The notes under the pieces are model-generated. The model was not told the DNA's origin. It was given only the letters and a program-made list of their open reading frames with translations, and made no database searches. A DNA stretch of 64,000 nt, taken from Hyalangium minutum (GTDB lineage: Bacteria > Myxococcota > Myxococcia > Myxococcales > Myxococcaceae). This document shows positions 1 to 8,762 of this stretch, piece by piece. How positions within the stretch are numbered: position 1 is the stretch's first letter; each line of letters opens with the position of its first letter. Where the stretch lies: contig NZ_JMCB01000019.1 in the NCBI RefSeq assembly GCF_000737315.1, forward strand, positions 62,001 through 126,000. The letters are read 5' to 3'. The position numbers and the translations under genes are program-made.

Positions 1-366
1 CGCGAGCACCTCTTCGGCCCCTGCCCCTACGCCGAGGTGCTGCTGGCCGAAGACGGTGGGCAGCTCGTGGGTTACGCGCTCTTCTTCCACACGTACTCGA
101 CATTCCTGGGCCAGCCGAGTCTGTATTTGGAGGACCTCTTCGTCCTGCCCTCGCACCGGGGGGGAGGGTTCGGCAAGGGACTGCTGGCGCGGCTGGCGCG
201 GCTGGCAGTGGAGCGGAACTGCGGGCGCTTCGAGTGGATGGTGCTCGACTGGAACACGCCCGCCATCCAGTTCTACGAGTCCCTGGGGGCGGCGCTGGCG
301 CCCGAGTGGAAGCTGTGCCGCATGACGGGCGAGGCGCTCCAGCGGTTCGCCGCGACGGCGCGCTAG
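1..366 (+). CDS. GNAT family N-acetyltransferase (SSAT-like), 5' end outside the window
   Basis: Frame open from base 1 (REHLFGPCPYAEVLL...). Motifs YSTFLG-x2-LYLEDLFV, acetyl-CoA motif RGGGFG, and LDWNTPAIQFY. Confidence 0.9.
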   Translation, partial: REHLFGPCPYAEVLLAEDGGQLVGYALFFHTYSTFLGQPSLYLEDLFVLPSHRGGGFGKGLLARLARLAVERNCGRFEWMVLDWNTPAIQFYESLGAALAPEWKLCRMTGEALQRFAATAR

Positions 367-381
367 CCCAGGAGAAGCGCG

Positions 382-879
382 ATGCTTGTCAGTGTCGATG
401 TGGATTACCGGCCGGATGCGACGGTGGCCGCGTGCGTCGCCTTCCGGGACTGGGGCGACGCGGCCGAGGCGGCGCACTACGTGGACCGGGGTCCCCCCGC
501 TGAGCCTTATGTCCCGGGCGAGTTCTACCGCCGGGAGCTGCCAGCGCTGCTGCGCGTGCTGGCGCTCGTGCCCGACCCTCTGACGACGGTCGTCATCGAT
601 GGCTATGTGTGGCTGGCGGGAGAGGAACGCCCGGGCCTGGGGGCCCACCTGTACGAGGCGCTCGGGCGAACCATCCCCGTCATCGGCGTGGCCAAGACGT
701 CGTTCCAGTCCAGCCGGGTCTCCGTCCCGGTCCTGCGAGGGGGCAGCCAGCGGCCCCTGCTCGTGACGGCCGTGGGGGTGGAGGTCCAGGACGCGGCGGC
801 GTGCATCCAGCGCATGCACGGGCCGTCTCGGCTGCCCACGCTGCTCAAGCGCGCGGACCGGCTGTGCCGGGACTCCTGA
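382..879 (+). CDS. Endonuclease V-like protein (short form)
   Basis: VDVDY, YVPGEFYRRELP, VIDGY and IGVAK motifs match the endonuclease V family, including the acidic D/E/D residues. GGAG upstream. Confidence 0.8.
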   Translation: MLVSVDVDYRPDATVAACVAFRDWGDAAEAAHYVDRGPPAEPYVPGEFYRRELPALLRVLALVPDPLTTVVIDGYVWLAGEERPGLGAHLYEALGRTIPVIGVAKTSFQSSRVSVPVLRGGSQRPLLVTAVGVEVQDAAACIQRMHGPSRLPTLLKRADRLCRDS

Positions 880-905
880 GGCCTGAGTGCCGGAGCGTGC
901 CCGGG

Positions 906-1613
906 CTACCGAGGCAGTCGGCAGATACCCGAGACAATCTGATCCTCGATCCGGTCGAGCCCCAGTTCCTGTCCGGGTTGTGACTCGGCAAAGAGGGCGC
1001 CCTTGTCTGGATCGATCTCGGGGTCTGTGTGGCTGTTGTGGAACAGCGCCAGCCCTGAGTGGACGAAGGCGGCCTCCACCTTCTCTCCCTCCTTCGGCAT
1101 GCTCCGCAGGCCCCGGAGGCTGCTCTGGGGGCAGGGCACTCCACATATCTCCCCCTTGCACAAGCCTTTCGGCGTCCAGCTCACAGTGCCCTTCCCCGCA
1201 TCCACTGCCACCGCGTCCTTCGCTGTGAAGCCGTACTTGCGGAGCAGTCTGGCCAGGCTCTTCGGGGGATCATCCCAGTTGAGAGGCCCTGTGAACTCCT
1301 GATCCAACTGGCGCTTCTCGTCCCAGGGGCCGTCTCCGCCGGCAGCGGGCACCAGCGTCCGGTGCGGAACCTCTTCCCATTGGCCGCGGACGTCCACCAC
1401 CAGCCACCCATACTCCGTGCGCATGAAGGCATGCGCTCCCTCGGGATTGAGCGACCACCGGGTCCGGAAGAGGACTGCGCCGTTCCGCGCGGCGAGGGGG
1501 TGGAGTTGGACGTTGATGGAGGAAGGTCCGGTCGCTTGGGCCGTGCCTGCGCCAAGCAGCAACAGCAGGGGGAGTGTCCGTGAGAGCCTCATGGAGGCTG
1601 AGCGTAGCGCCAC
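906..1613 (-). CDS. Hypothetical secreted protein
   Basis: 235-aa ORF with signal-peptide-like N-terminus (LPLLLLLGAGTAQA). No family recognised. Confidence 0.6.
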   Translation of the reverse strand: MALRSASMRLSRTLPLLLLLGAGTAQATGPSSINVQLHPLAARNGAVLFRTRWSLNPEGAHAFMRTEYGWLVVDVRGQWEEVPHRTLVPAAGGDGPWDEKRQLDQEFTGPLNWDDPPKSLARLLRKYGFTAKDAVAVDAGKGTVSWTPKGLCKGEICGVPCPQSSLRGLRSMPKEGEKVEAAFVHSGLALFHNSHTDPEIDPDKGALFAESQPGQELGLDRIEDQIVSGICRLPR

Positions 1614-1704
1614 AGCGGCGGATCTGCGCGATCGGCCTCGCGCCGATCCCCTTGGCTTTCTAAGATGGAGAGAAGATTCCCGTCCGCGCCAGGAGCCACC
1701 TCGG

Positions 1705-2631
1705 GTGAACCTGTCCTGTCAGTCCTGTGGCGCCCAGCTGGTGGTGGCCGGCAACCACCGCACCACGACGTGCCCGTACTGTGCTGCCCCATCCGTGGTG
1801 GAGCGGCCACCGACTCCAGACCGGCCCGCGCCGACGTTCGGGCTCGGCTTCGTGCAGACGCCGCAGAAAGCCCGCGAGCTGGCGCGGGAGAACCTGCTCC
1901 GCCGCAGCTTCTGGGCGCCCTCCAGCGTCCGCAACGCCTCCGTCGAGGAGCTGCGCGGCATCTACGTGCCCGCCTGGCTCTACAGCGGGCTCGCCGAGTC
2001 CGACTTCAGCGCCAGCATTGGCGAGAACTACACCGAGACCGAGACGTACACGACCACCGAGAACGGGAAGACCGTCACCAAGACACGGCAGGTGACGAAG
2101 ACGGAGTGGACCTCCCTCCACGGCCGCCACACGGAGTATGTCCCGGACGTGCTCGTCACCGCATCCTCGGGCCTGCCCAATGACGAGCTGGAGCAGATCG
2201 AGCCGTTCGATCTCCGCGCGCTGCGCCGCTACGACGATGCGCTCGTGGCCGGGTGGATCAGCGAGGACCCGTCCCTGCCCCAGGAGCAGTGCCTGCAACA
2301 GGCCCGAGCCGAGGTAACCACCCTGCTGCGCAAGCGGCTCTCGGCGTTCATGCCAGGAGACTCGCACCGGAACCTCGAATACTCGACCCGGTTCCATCAG
2401 GAGTCCCTGGTGGTCTGCCTGCTCCCCGTCTGGGTGCTGGCGCTGCGCCACGACCCTCAGTCCCCGCCCCTGCGCTTCCTCGTCAACGGACAGACGGGCA
2501 AGGTGCACGGCCGCGTGCCCACCTCTTGGGTGAAGGTGGCCATCGCCGTGCTGCTGGTGCTCCTCGTCCTCGGAGGCCTGTACCTCCTGCTGTTCCACGG
2601 GCAGACCCTGCCGCGCGGGAGGGGCCGCTGA
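1705..2631 (+). CDS. Zinc-ribbon membrane-anchored protein (paralog A)
   Basis: GTG at 1705 preceded by AGGAG (1691-1695). CQSCGA and CPYCAA ribbons, YVPAWLY and LLPVW motifs, VNGQTGKVHG, C-terminal TM helix. Confidence 0.75.
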   Translation: MNLSCQSCGAQLVVAGNHRTTTCPYCAAPSVVERPPTPDRPAPTFGLGFVQTPQKARELARENLLRRSFWAPSSVRNASVEELRGIYVPAWLYSGLAESDFSASIGENYTETETYTTTENGKTVTKTRQVTKTEWTSLHGRHTEYVPDVLVTASSGLPNDELEQIEPFDLRALRRYDDALVAGWISEDPSLPQEQCLQQARAEVTTLLRKRLSAFMPGDSHRNLEYSTRFHQESLVVCLLPVWVLALRHDPQSPPLRFLVNGQTGKVHGRVPTSWVKVAIAVLLVLLVLGGLYLLLFHGQTLPRGRGR

Positions 2632-3590
2632 TGTCCGTCATCGAAGCCCAGTGCCAGCGCTGCCACAGCCGGCTCGAGGCCGAAGACCTTCGCTGTCCCG
2701 TCTGCGCCCTGCCCACGCCGAGGCCCCCTCGCAGCGTGGACCGCGAGAGCGCTCGCATCATCCGCTGCAACACCTGTGGAGCGACGGTGGCGTACTCGGT
2801 GGAGGCGCAGGCGCCCAAGTGCGCCTTCTGCGCATCGGAGATGCACACCGAGACGCAGGAGGACCCCATTGACCAGGCGAAGCACTTCGTGCCCTTCCGG
2901 GTCGGCACCGATGAGGCGCACGAGGCGCTGAGAGCGTTCCTGGGCAAGGGCGGCTTCTTCCGGCCCAAGGATCTCGCGAGCCGCGCGGCAGTGGACTCGC
3001 TGAAGCCCTTGTGGTGGCCGGGCTGGAAGTTCGACGCGGCGGTGGAGGCCACCTGGACCGCCGACACGGACGCGGGGGCCCGCCGCAGCGACTGGGCACC
3101 GCACTCGGGCGCGACCCGCCTCGTGCTCCACAACATCCTCGTCTCCGCTTCGCGGGGGTTGACCCAAGCGGAGACCCAGAAGCTCACCCCTGCCTACGAG
3201 CTCACCCAGGCGAAGCCGCAGCCCGAGGGTCCCCCGGGCGCGCAGGTGGAACTCTTCGACGTCACGCGCTCGGGCGCGCGGCGGCAGATCCTCGCCGGGG
3301 TGGAGCACACGGCCCGCGAGTACATCACCCGCGCGGCGCTTCCCGGCCGCCGCCACCGCAACCTGCGCGTGGCCGTGGCGCTGTCAGGCCTGGGCACCGC
3401 GCACTACGCGCTGCCCGCCTACGTGCTCGCGTACCGCTACGGCAAGAAGCTGTACCGCGTCGTCGTGCATGGACAGGACCCGGGCTGCGTCCTCGGCGAG
3501 AAGCCCATCTCCTGGGCGAAGGTGGCGATGACTGTCCTCGCCGCCCTGGCGGTGCTGGTGCTCATGTTCCTGGTGCTCCGGAAGTCGTGA
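2631..3590 (+). CDS. Zinc-ribbon membrane-anchored protein (paralog B)
   Basis: ATG overlaps the upstream TGA (TGATG). CQRC, CPVC, CNTC and CAFC pairs, LPAYVLAYRY, VHGQ, C-terminal TM helix. Confidence 0.75.
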   Translation: MSVIEAQCQRCHSRLEAEDLRCPVCALPTPRPPRSVDRESARIIRCNTCGATVAYSVEAQAPKCAFCASEMHTETQEDPIDQAKHFVPFRVGTDEAHEALRAFLGKGGFFRPKDLASRAAVDSLKPLWWPGWKFDAAVEATWTADTDAGARRSDWAPHSGATRLVLHNILVSASRGLTQAETQKLTPAYELTQAKPQPEGPPGAQVELFDVTRSGARRQILAGVEHTAREYITRAALPGRRHRNLRVAVALSGLGTAHYALPAYVLAYRYGKKLYRVVVHGQDPGCVLGEKPISWAKVAMTVLAALAVLVLMFLVLRKS

Positions 3591-3602
3591 GCGGACAGGC
3601 GC

Positions 3603-5132
3603 TCACCGCCGCTCGTCGCGAGTGGCGGTGATGTGCCGGTAGGGGATGACGCGGACGAGCTCATCCACTGTCATCAGCCCCGCGGCGATCTTCTCCATGG
3701 CGTCATCCACCAGCGTCTTGAAGCCGCGCTCGCGGGCGTACTTCCGGAGCTGCGCGTTGTGGGCTCCCGCGACGATGAGGTCCTGCATGCCGGGATCCAC
3801 CAGGAGCAGCTCGTAGATGCCCACCCGCTTGCGGTAGCCGGTGTGGTGGCAGTGGTCGCAGCCCCGGCCCTTGCGCAGTTGGATGCCGTCCAACAAGCGG
3901 CCGAGCAGTATCTTCTGCTCCTCGGTGGGCGTATAGGGCTCCGAGCACTTCTCGCAGATGCGACGCGCGAGCCGCTGAGCCAGGACGGCCAACAGCGCGT
4001 CCGCGATGTCCGTGTTGTCCAGCTCGAGTCCTCGCAATCGGCCAATGGCCCCCACCGAGTCCGCCGTGTGGAGCGTGCCCAAGACGATGTGGCCTGTGCG
4101 GGCGGCGTTGAGCGCGGTGCTGCCCGTCTCCAGATCGCGAATCTCGCCCATCAGCAGGATGTTGGGATCCTGGCGCAGCAGGGCGCGCAGCAGCAGGGGG
4201 TACGGCATCTGCGGGCTGACCTGCTTCTGATTCACCTTGGGGACGAAATACTCGATGGGGTCCTCGGCAGTGATGATCTTCCGGCGGCCGTCATTGAGCT
4301 GGGCCAGCGCCGAGTAGAGCGTGGTGGTCTTCCCGCTGCCGGTGGGCCCGGTGACGAGCACCATGCCCTCGGGGTTGTTGAGGAGCTGGAGGAAGGTGCG
4401 CTGCAGTTCCTCGGACATGCCCAGCTGGACCACGGGGAGGAGCCCCGCCTGCGCATCGAGGATGCGGATGACGACATCCTCGCCTGCGGGGCTGGGCACT
4501 ACGCTCACGCGGTAGTCGATGACCTTGCGGTGGCCCTCGCCCCGCTCGATGACAGCGCGGATGCGCCCGTCCTGGGGCTTGCGGTGCTCGGTGATGTCCA
4601 ACTCCGCGAGGATCTTGATGCGGTTGATGACCTCACGAACCGACTCCGGATCCATGTCCGTGTACATCTGGTGGAGGATGCCATCGATGCGCAGGCGCAA
4701 GTCCACGTCGCCCGGGTAGCTCTCGATGTGGATATCCGAGGCCTTCTTCTCCACGCCCATGGCGAGGATGTTGTCCACGAGTTCCACGGCGGTGGGCTGG
4801 TGGCGCGACGGAGGACGCGGGCGGATGATGAGGTCCGCTTCGATGCGCTCTCCGGCGCCGAAGCCCGTCTCCAGGGCGGACTCCACCTCATAGCGGTTGA
4901 GCCGCACGGTACGGATGGGTCGCTCCAGCAGGTCGCCGATCCGCGAGAGGAGGTTGGGGTTGTCCGGATCCAGCATGCCCACGGTGACCGTGGCGTGAGG
5001 AGCGGCGGGGTCCACCTTGCCGAGCACCACCGCATGGTGACGGCGGCAGAAGGGCTCCGGCAGCAGCCGCATGGAGTTTCGATCGAGCGAGTGTTGGGAG
5101 AGTTCGGAGAAGACGTCGGAACCTTGCGACAT
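3603..5132 (-). CDS. GspE/PulE/PilB family secretion ATPase
   Basis: ASDIHIE, RKPQDGR, Walker A GPTGSGKTT, EDPIE Asp box, LRQDP..GEIRD, TLHT His box, CEKC...CDHC zinc site. Confidence 0.92.
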   Translation of the reverse strand: MSQGSDVFSELSQHSLDRNSMRLLPEPFCRRHHAVVLGKVDPAAPHATVTVGMLDPDNPNLLSRIGDLLERPIRTVRLNRYEVESALETGFGAGERIEADLIIRPRPPSRHQPTAVELVDNILAMGVEKKASDIHIESYPGDVDLRLRIDGILHQMYTDMDPESVREVINRIKILAELDITEHRKPQDGRIRAVIERGEGHRKVIDYRVSVVPSPAGEDVVIRILDAQAGLLPVVQLGMSEELQRTFLQLLNNPEGMVLVTGPTGSGKTTTLYSALAQLNDGRRKIITAEDPIEYFVPKVNQKQVSPQMPYPLLLRALLRQDPNILLMGEIRDLETGSTALNAARTGHIVLGTLHTADSVGAIGRLRGLELDNTDIADALLAVLAQRLARRICEKCSEPYTPTEEQKILLGRLLDGIQLRKGRGCDHCHHTGYRKRVGIYELLLVDPGMQDLIVAGAHNAQLRKYARERGFKTLVDDAMEKIAAGLMTVDELVRVIPYRHITATRDERR

Positions 5133-5207
5133 GCCCGGAAGGCTATACTGGGAAGCGCTCGGGCACAGGTCCTTCCTCGGGCCTCACTCGGCGTGCGCCC
5201 TTCGAGC

Positions 5208-5453
5208 TCAGTTGTTCAGCTGAAGGTCCGAGAGGTGCGACGCGCTCGAAGCCTGAACGAGCCATCGGTCGAGAATCGCCGAGTCCGTACAGGACAAAAT
5301 GAGATGCCGGGACTTCTCGTCTACTTCGACGCCCCTTGCAGCCAATACTTGCAGGACCGCGAGAGCCCGTCCCTGCGCTTGCCCCTCAGCCAGCCCCTTG
5401 AGCCAGCCTTGTTGATGCCCTTCCTCGCGAAGTTCGTCCGCATAGGACTTCAT
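5208..5453 (-). CDS. Putative nested small protein from an internal start in rpn (RpnS-like, 81 aa)
   Basis: In-frame ATG at 5453 preceded by GAGGAGG 5 nt upstream (minus strand GAGGAGGACTTG-ATG). Confidence 0.55.
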   Translation of the reverse strand: MKSYADELREEGHQQGWLKGLAEGQAQGRALAVLQVLAARGVEVDEKSRHLILSCTDSAILDRWLVQASSASHLSDLQLNN

Positions 5454-6218
5454 CAAGTCCTCCTCTCGCTCCTTACCTGCCACGGATTGTAACACTCGCC
5501 GGAGCGTCTTGCGTGCTGCTGGCGGCCCCACCTCGAACAGGTAGTGAACCACCGCACGCAACTCCTCCAGCCCCTCTGCCTCTGCATGAATCTCGGCCAC
5601 CAGCGCCTTCCATCCCTCCAGCCGCCAAGAGAGCCCTTCGTCACGCCCATGGCGCAAGAGGAGAAACGCCAATCGCGCCAACGGAGGCCCCGGGCGCGCT
5701 CGCAGCGTCTCCTCCCGCTCGGCCGTCAAGTCATCCAGCAGGTACTCGAAGCGCGGCACCAGGGCCCGCCATCGCTCCAACTCTCCTTCGTCACTGGGCA
5801 GTTGGAACAGAGCCTCCACCCGGCGTGGTGCCGTCCATCCCGCTTCTCCTCCGTGGTACATGACCAGTGGCACCACGACGGGCAGCACTTCGCTCGCCGG
5901 GTGCTCCTTGCGCCAGTGCTCCAGGTGACGCACCACGTACCGCAACATCCTCAACGCCATCCACCGATCGACCGAGGATTGGTGCTCCAGCAAGAGGTAG
6001 AGCAGGAGTGGCTGACCATCCTGGAGCTGAGCCGAGAACAACAAGTCGCTCTGGCTCTCTCTCAGTTCCGGGTCCACCACGCTGACGGGCTCACGGCGCA
6101 AGCTGGTCCAGTCCACCCGTGACACCACTTCCGGCGGCAGGACAGCGCGCAGCTCCGCAGCGGCCCGCTCGGGGTGGCTGAAGGTGAAGCGGGCGAACAG
6201 ATCGTGAGGACCCGGCAT
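5208..6218 (-). CDS. Rpn/YhgA-like recombination-promoting nuclease (PD-(D/E)xK-like)
   Basis: HDLFARFTFSHP, SDLLFS, LLLEHQS, PVVVPLVMYHG, EYLLDDL, and a C-terminal EG..QG/L.RW tail. Confidence 0.9.
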   Translation of the reverse strand: MPGPHDLFARFTFSHPERAAAELRAVLPPEVVSRVDWTSLRREPVSVVDPELRESQSDLLFSAQLQDGQPLLLYLLLEHQSSVDRWMALRMLRYVVRHLEHWRKEHPASEVLPVVVPLVMYHGGEAGWTAPRRVEALFQLPSDEGELERWRALVPRFEYLLDDLTAEREETLRARPGPPLARLAFLLLRHGRDEGLSWRLEGWKALVAEIHAEAEGLEELRAVVHYLFEVGPPAARKTLRRVLQSVAGKEREEDLMKSYADELREEGHQQGWLKGLAEGQAQGRALAVLQVLAARGVEVDEKSRHLILSCTDSAILDRWLVQASSASHLSDLQLNN

Positions 6219-6232
6219 GACGGGCCGTGATC

Positions 6233-6249
6233 AGCATGCTGCGTGCCAA
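6233..6249 (-). promoter_or_regulatory. Sigma54-type -24/-12 promoter upstream of rpn
   Basis: Minus strand TTGGCACGCAGCATGCT, with exact GG-N10-GC spacing. Confidence 0.55.
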
Positions 6250-6332
6250 CACAGCGGCTGAGGACCAAGTCCCTGCATTTCCTCGGCGCTTGTACTCCTG
6301 GAACGAAAATCCGAGCACGCCACGAGCGCAAG

Positions 6333-6352
6333 GAGTCCACGGCCGTGGACTC
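6333..6352. repeat. Perfect 20-bp palindrome GAGTCCACGGCCGTGGACTC
   Basis: Sequence equals its reverse complement. A partial third half-site GTCCACGGCCG follows. It lies between the kinase stop and the rpn promoter. Confidence 0.8.
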
Positions 6353-6375
6353 GCCGTCCACGGCCGGAGCCTGCA

Positions 6376-7779
6376 TTACTTCGGTTCCGAAGTAGGAGGT
6401 CGTCCTGCGGTCCACATGGGCCAGTAGCAACCGTCTCCCCATTCGTACGCTTCATCCCCACAGGGCGGTTTCGCGTCCGCGAAGCGACCCCAGCACCCAC
6501 CGTTGATCGCCACCGCTGGGTACTTGCAGGGAGGCTGACGCTGCCCCGGTAAGGGCTTCTTCGGCATCTCTAGGGCCACGCCCCCGGGTCTCGACCCGCC
6601 CATGTCTACCGTCGCCCGCGCCGAGATCGCCGTGTCCGCCAGTTCCGAGGTGCCTGCATCCACGCCCTCTTCGGCGCGTGGAGCCTGCGCCACGCGCTGC
6701 CGTGCCTCCCCTCGGGCGGGCAAATACCGATCCACATTCCACACCAGGAGCGTCACCCCCGCCCCCACCACAGCCGCCAGCCACTCTTGCCGCCACCGCC
6801 ACAGCTCGTTCAGGACCCGCTCTCGAAGCAGGTAGCGCACAGGAGGGGGCTCCTTCCATCCCCTCAGCAGCCGATCCGCACGGCGCCCCGCCTTCCTCTC
6901 CGCTCGCTTCAATGCCTTCACCGCCTGCGCCGCGCTGCCCCGGTCCTCAGGCCGCGACGACATCATCTTCAGAATGACCGCCTTCAGTTCCTCGCCCGCA
7001 CCCTCCAGCGCCTCGGGCGGCACTGCCACCCGGTGTTCGAGCCAGGCGCTGCCCTCCAGGTTATCCCAGTCCGGATCCGGCAGCGGCTCCGGGAAGCGGC
7101 CCACCACCACCCGCCATGCCGTCATCCCCAGCGCGTACACGTCATCCGCAGGAGTGGACTCGTAATGCGCCTGGCGCTCGTCGCGCTTCTTCCACTGAAA
7201 GCGCAGCGACTCCGGGCTCCAGTACTGCGGCGTCCCTGGCGGCTCCGGCGAGCGCGTCAGCCGTCTCGCGCCCCGGTAGTTTCCCGAGCCGAAGTCCAGC
7301 AGCACCGCGCTCCCATCCCTGCGCACCAGGATGTTCTCCCCCTTCACGTCCCGGTGCACTCCCTCCAGCGCGTGCAGTGCCGCCAATGCGCTGGCCACCT
7401 GCGCCAGCGCCCTCACCGCTTCCCTCCACGTCCGCTCCGGTCGCGCGGCCCACCAGTACAAGTCCTCCCCTTCGACCCAGCGCATCACCGCGTATGGGTA
7501 CTTCCTCCCTCCTGGTCCCCTCCACCATCCCCGGTCCAGCAGCTCCGGCACATGCGGGTGCTTCATCCGCGACAGCAGCTCCCACTCCCTCTCGAAGCGC
7601 GCATCCATCGGGTACATCGCCATCTTCAGCGCCACGGGCTCCCCGGATTCCCTCCCCACCCTCTTCGCCCGGTACACCGCGCCGTACGAGCCTCTCCCCC
7701 GGCCTCTCTCCACGCGCCACTTGCCTACCACCGTCCCCTCGGGCAACGCGTCCGGCTCGACCCAAGACTCTCGCTCCAC
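6376..7779 (-). CDS. Ser/Thr protein kinase with TM segment and Cys-containing C-terminal domain
   Basis: GRGSYGAVY, VALK, HRDVKGENI, DFG, DDVYALG. TM WLAAVVGAGVTLLVW, C-terminal PPCK..AINGGCW..CYWP. Confidence 0.9.
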   Translation of the reverse strand: MERESWVEPDALPEGTVVGKWRVERGRGRGSYGAVYRAKRVGRESGEPVALKMAMYPMDARFEREWELLSRMKHPHVPELLDRGWWRGPGGRKYPYAVMRWVEGEDLYWWAARPERTWREAVRALAQVASALAALHALEGVHRDVKGENILVRRDGSAVLLDFGSGNYRGARRLTRSPEPPGTPQYWSPESLRFQWKKRDERQAHYESTPADDVYALGMTAWRVVVGRFPEPLPDPDWDNLEGSAWLEHRVAVPPEALEGAGEELKAVILKMMSSRPEDRGSAAQAVKALKRAERKAGRRADRLLRGWKEPPPVRYLLRERVLNELWRWRQEWLAAVVGAGVTLLVWNVDRYLPARGEARQRVAQAPRAEEGVDAGTSELADTAISARATVDMGGSRPGGVALEMPKKPLPGQRQPPCKYPAVAINGGCWGRFADAKPPCGDEAYEWGDGCYWPMWTAGRPPTSEPK

Positions 7780-7959
7780 GGCTCAGCCTCCAGACGCGCG
7801 CCCGTAGGCGGCCATCCCTCGGGCCCCATCCTACCTCTTAGGTGGTCCGCCGCCTACCCTCCTCAAGAGTCGCTCCCGGTGCCCCCAAAAGCACTCGGCC
7901 CGCCCCGGACTCTTGCGAGCCAGGACGGGCCGAGCGAGACAGCGAGAGACCGGAGGTAC

Positions 7960-8694
7960 TTAGCGGCCGATGATCTTCTTCAACTCCTCCTTCTCCGCGG
8001 GGAAGGAGAAGGACTGGTAGAGCTGGTAGGAGTTCTCCCGGTCCAGCACGCGCGGCCAGAGCAGCCGCACCGCGTCCAGCTTGTCCTCGCCGAAGGAGAA
8101 CTTCTGGAGGACCTTCATCACCTGCGGCACCAGGAAGTACTGGGTGGGGGCGGCCGCCTCGAGCACCCGGAGCTTGCCGTCACCGAAGGACTCCTTCTGG
8201 ATGGCCTGCATCAGGTTCTGCAGCTGGGGCTCCGAGATGGGGCTCACCTGCGGCTGCGGAGGAGCCGGGGGCGCCGGAGGAGGCCCCTGGCGGCGGCGGA
8301 GGACGCGCAGATCCGGCGCGTTGTTCACGTCCGCGCGCAGGCCGTTCATCTCCTGCCGGATCTTGCTCAGTGCCTCACGGGCCCGGCGGTTGCCGCTCTC
8401 GTTGGACACCTGGGCCAGCAGTTCCTCCATACGGGCCAGCCGAGAGATGAGCTGGTCGCGCTCGACGATCACCAGGGCGCCCTGGCGGCGGAAGCCCTGG
8501 GGGAACTCGTAGTCGTCGTAGTCCCACTGCGGGTTGTTGTTGTAGCCGGGCACGGGAGCCGTGGGGGCGGGCTGGGTGTTGATGGGGCCGGTCGGCTGGC
8601 CCGGCGGGGGCGGACGGGCGAGGCCCTGAGCAGGGGTCTGGGCCGAAGCGACGGCGGACATCAACATGACAACGGAGAGTACGAAAGCCCTCAT
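7960..8694 (-). CDS. Secreted protein with a C-terminal DUF4476-like domain
   Basis: Signal peptide, Pro-rich linker, C-terminal SFGDGKL..F...QV...FSFGEDKL..LWPRVLDREN pattern. Confidence 0.75.
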   Translation of the reverse strand: MRAFVLSVVMLMSAVASAQTPAQGLARPPPPGQPTGPINTQPAPTAPVPGYNNNPQWDYDDYEFPQGFRRQGALVIVERDQLISRLARMEELLAQVSNESGNRRAREALSKIRQEMNGLRADVNNAPDLRVLRRRQGPPPAPPAPPQPQVSPISEPQLQNLMQAIQKESFGDGKLRVLEAAAPTQYFLVPQVMKVLQKFSFGEDKLDAVRLLWPRVLDRENSYQLYQSFSFPAEKEELKKIIGR

Positions 8695-8762
8695 GGCTAG
8701 CTAGGTCCTTGTTTTGGGGTATGCACACCTACTGACGCACAACCCTGCCCGGCATTCAATAT

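Noticed and set aside
5208-6218. Insertion sequence/transposon around the 'putative transposase' rpn
   Set aside because: No terminal inverted repeats or target duplications seen. Rpn/YhgA proteins are not established transposases.
7830-7859. Recurring CCTACC motif upstream of accessory genes (also 39573)
   Set aside because: A short motif that is expected many times in GC-rich DNA and is common in GCC-TAC codons. Not distinguishable from chance without genome-wide statistics.
6787-8700. Long alternative-frame ORFs (e.g. 6787-8700, 8841-10841, 27647-30109, 30787-33294, 37091-38992, 55354-57465)
   Set aside because: Antisense or shifted shadows of well-supported genes. High GC depletes stop codons, and the translations are low-complexity with no motifs.
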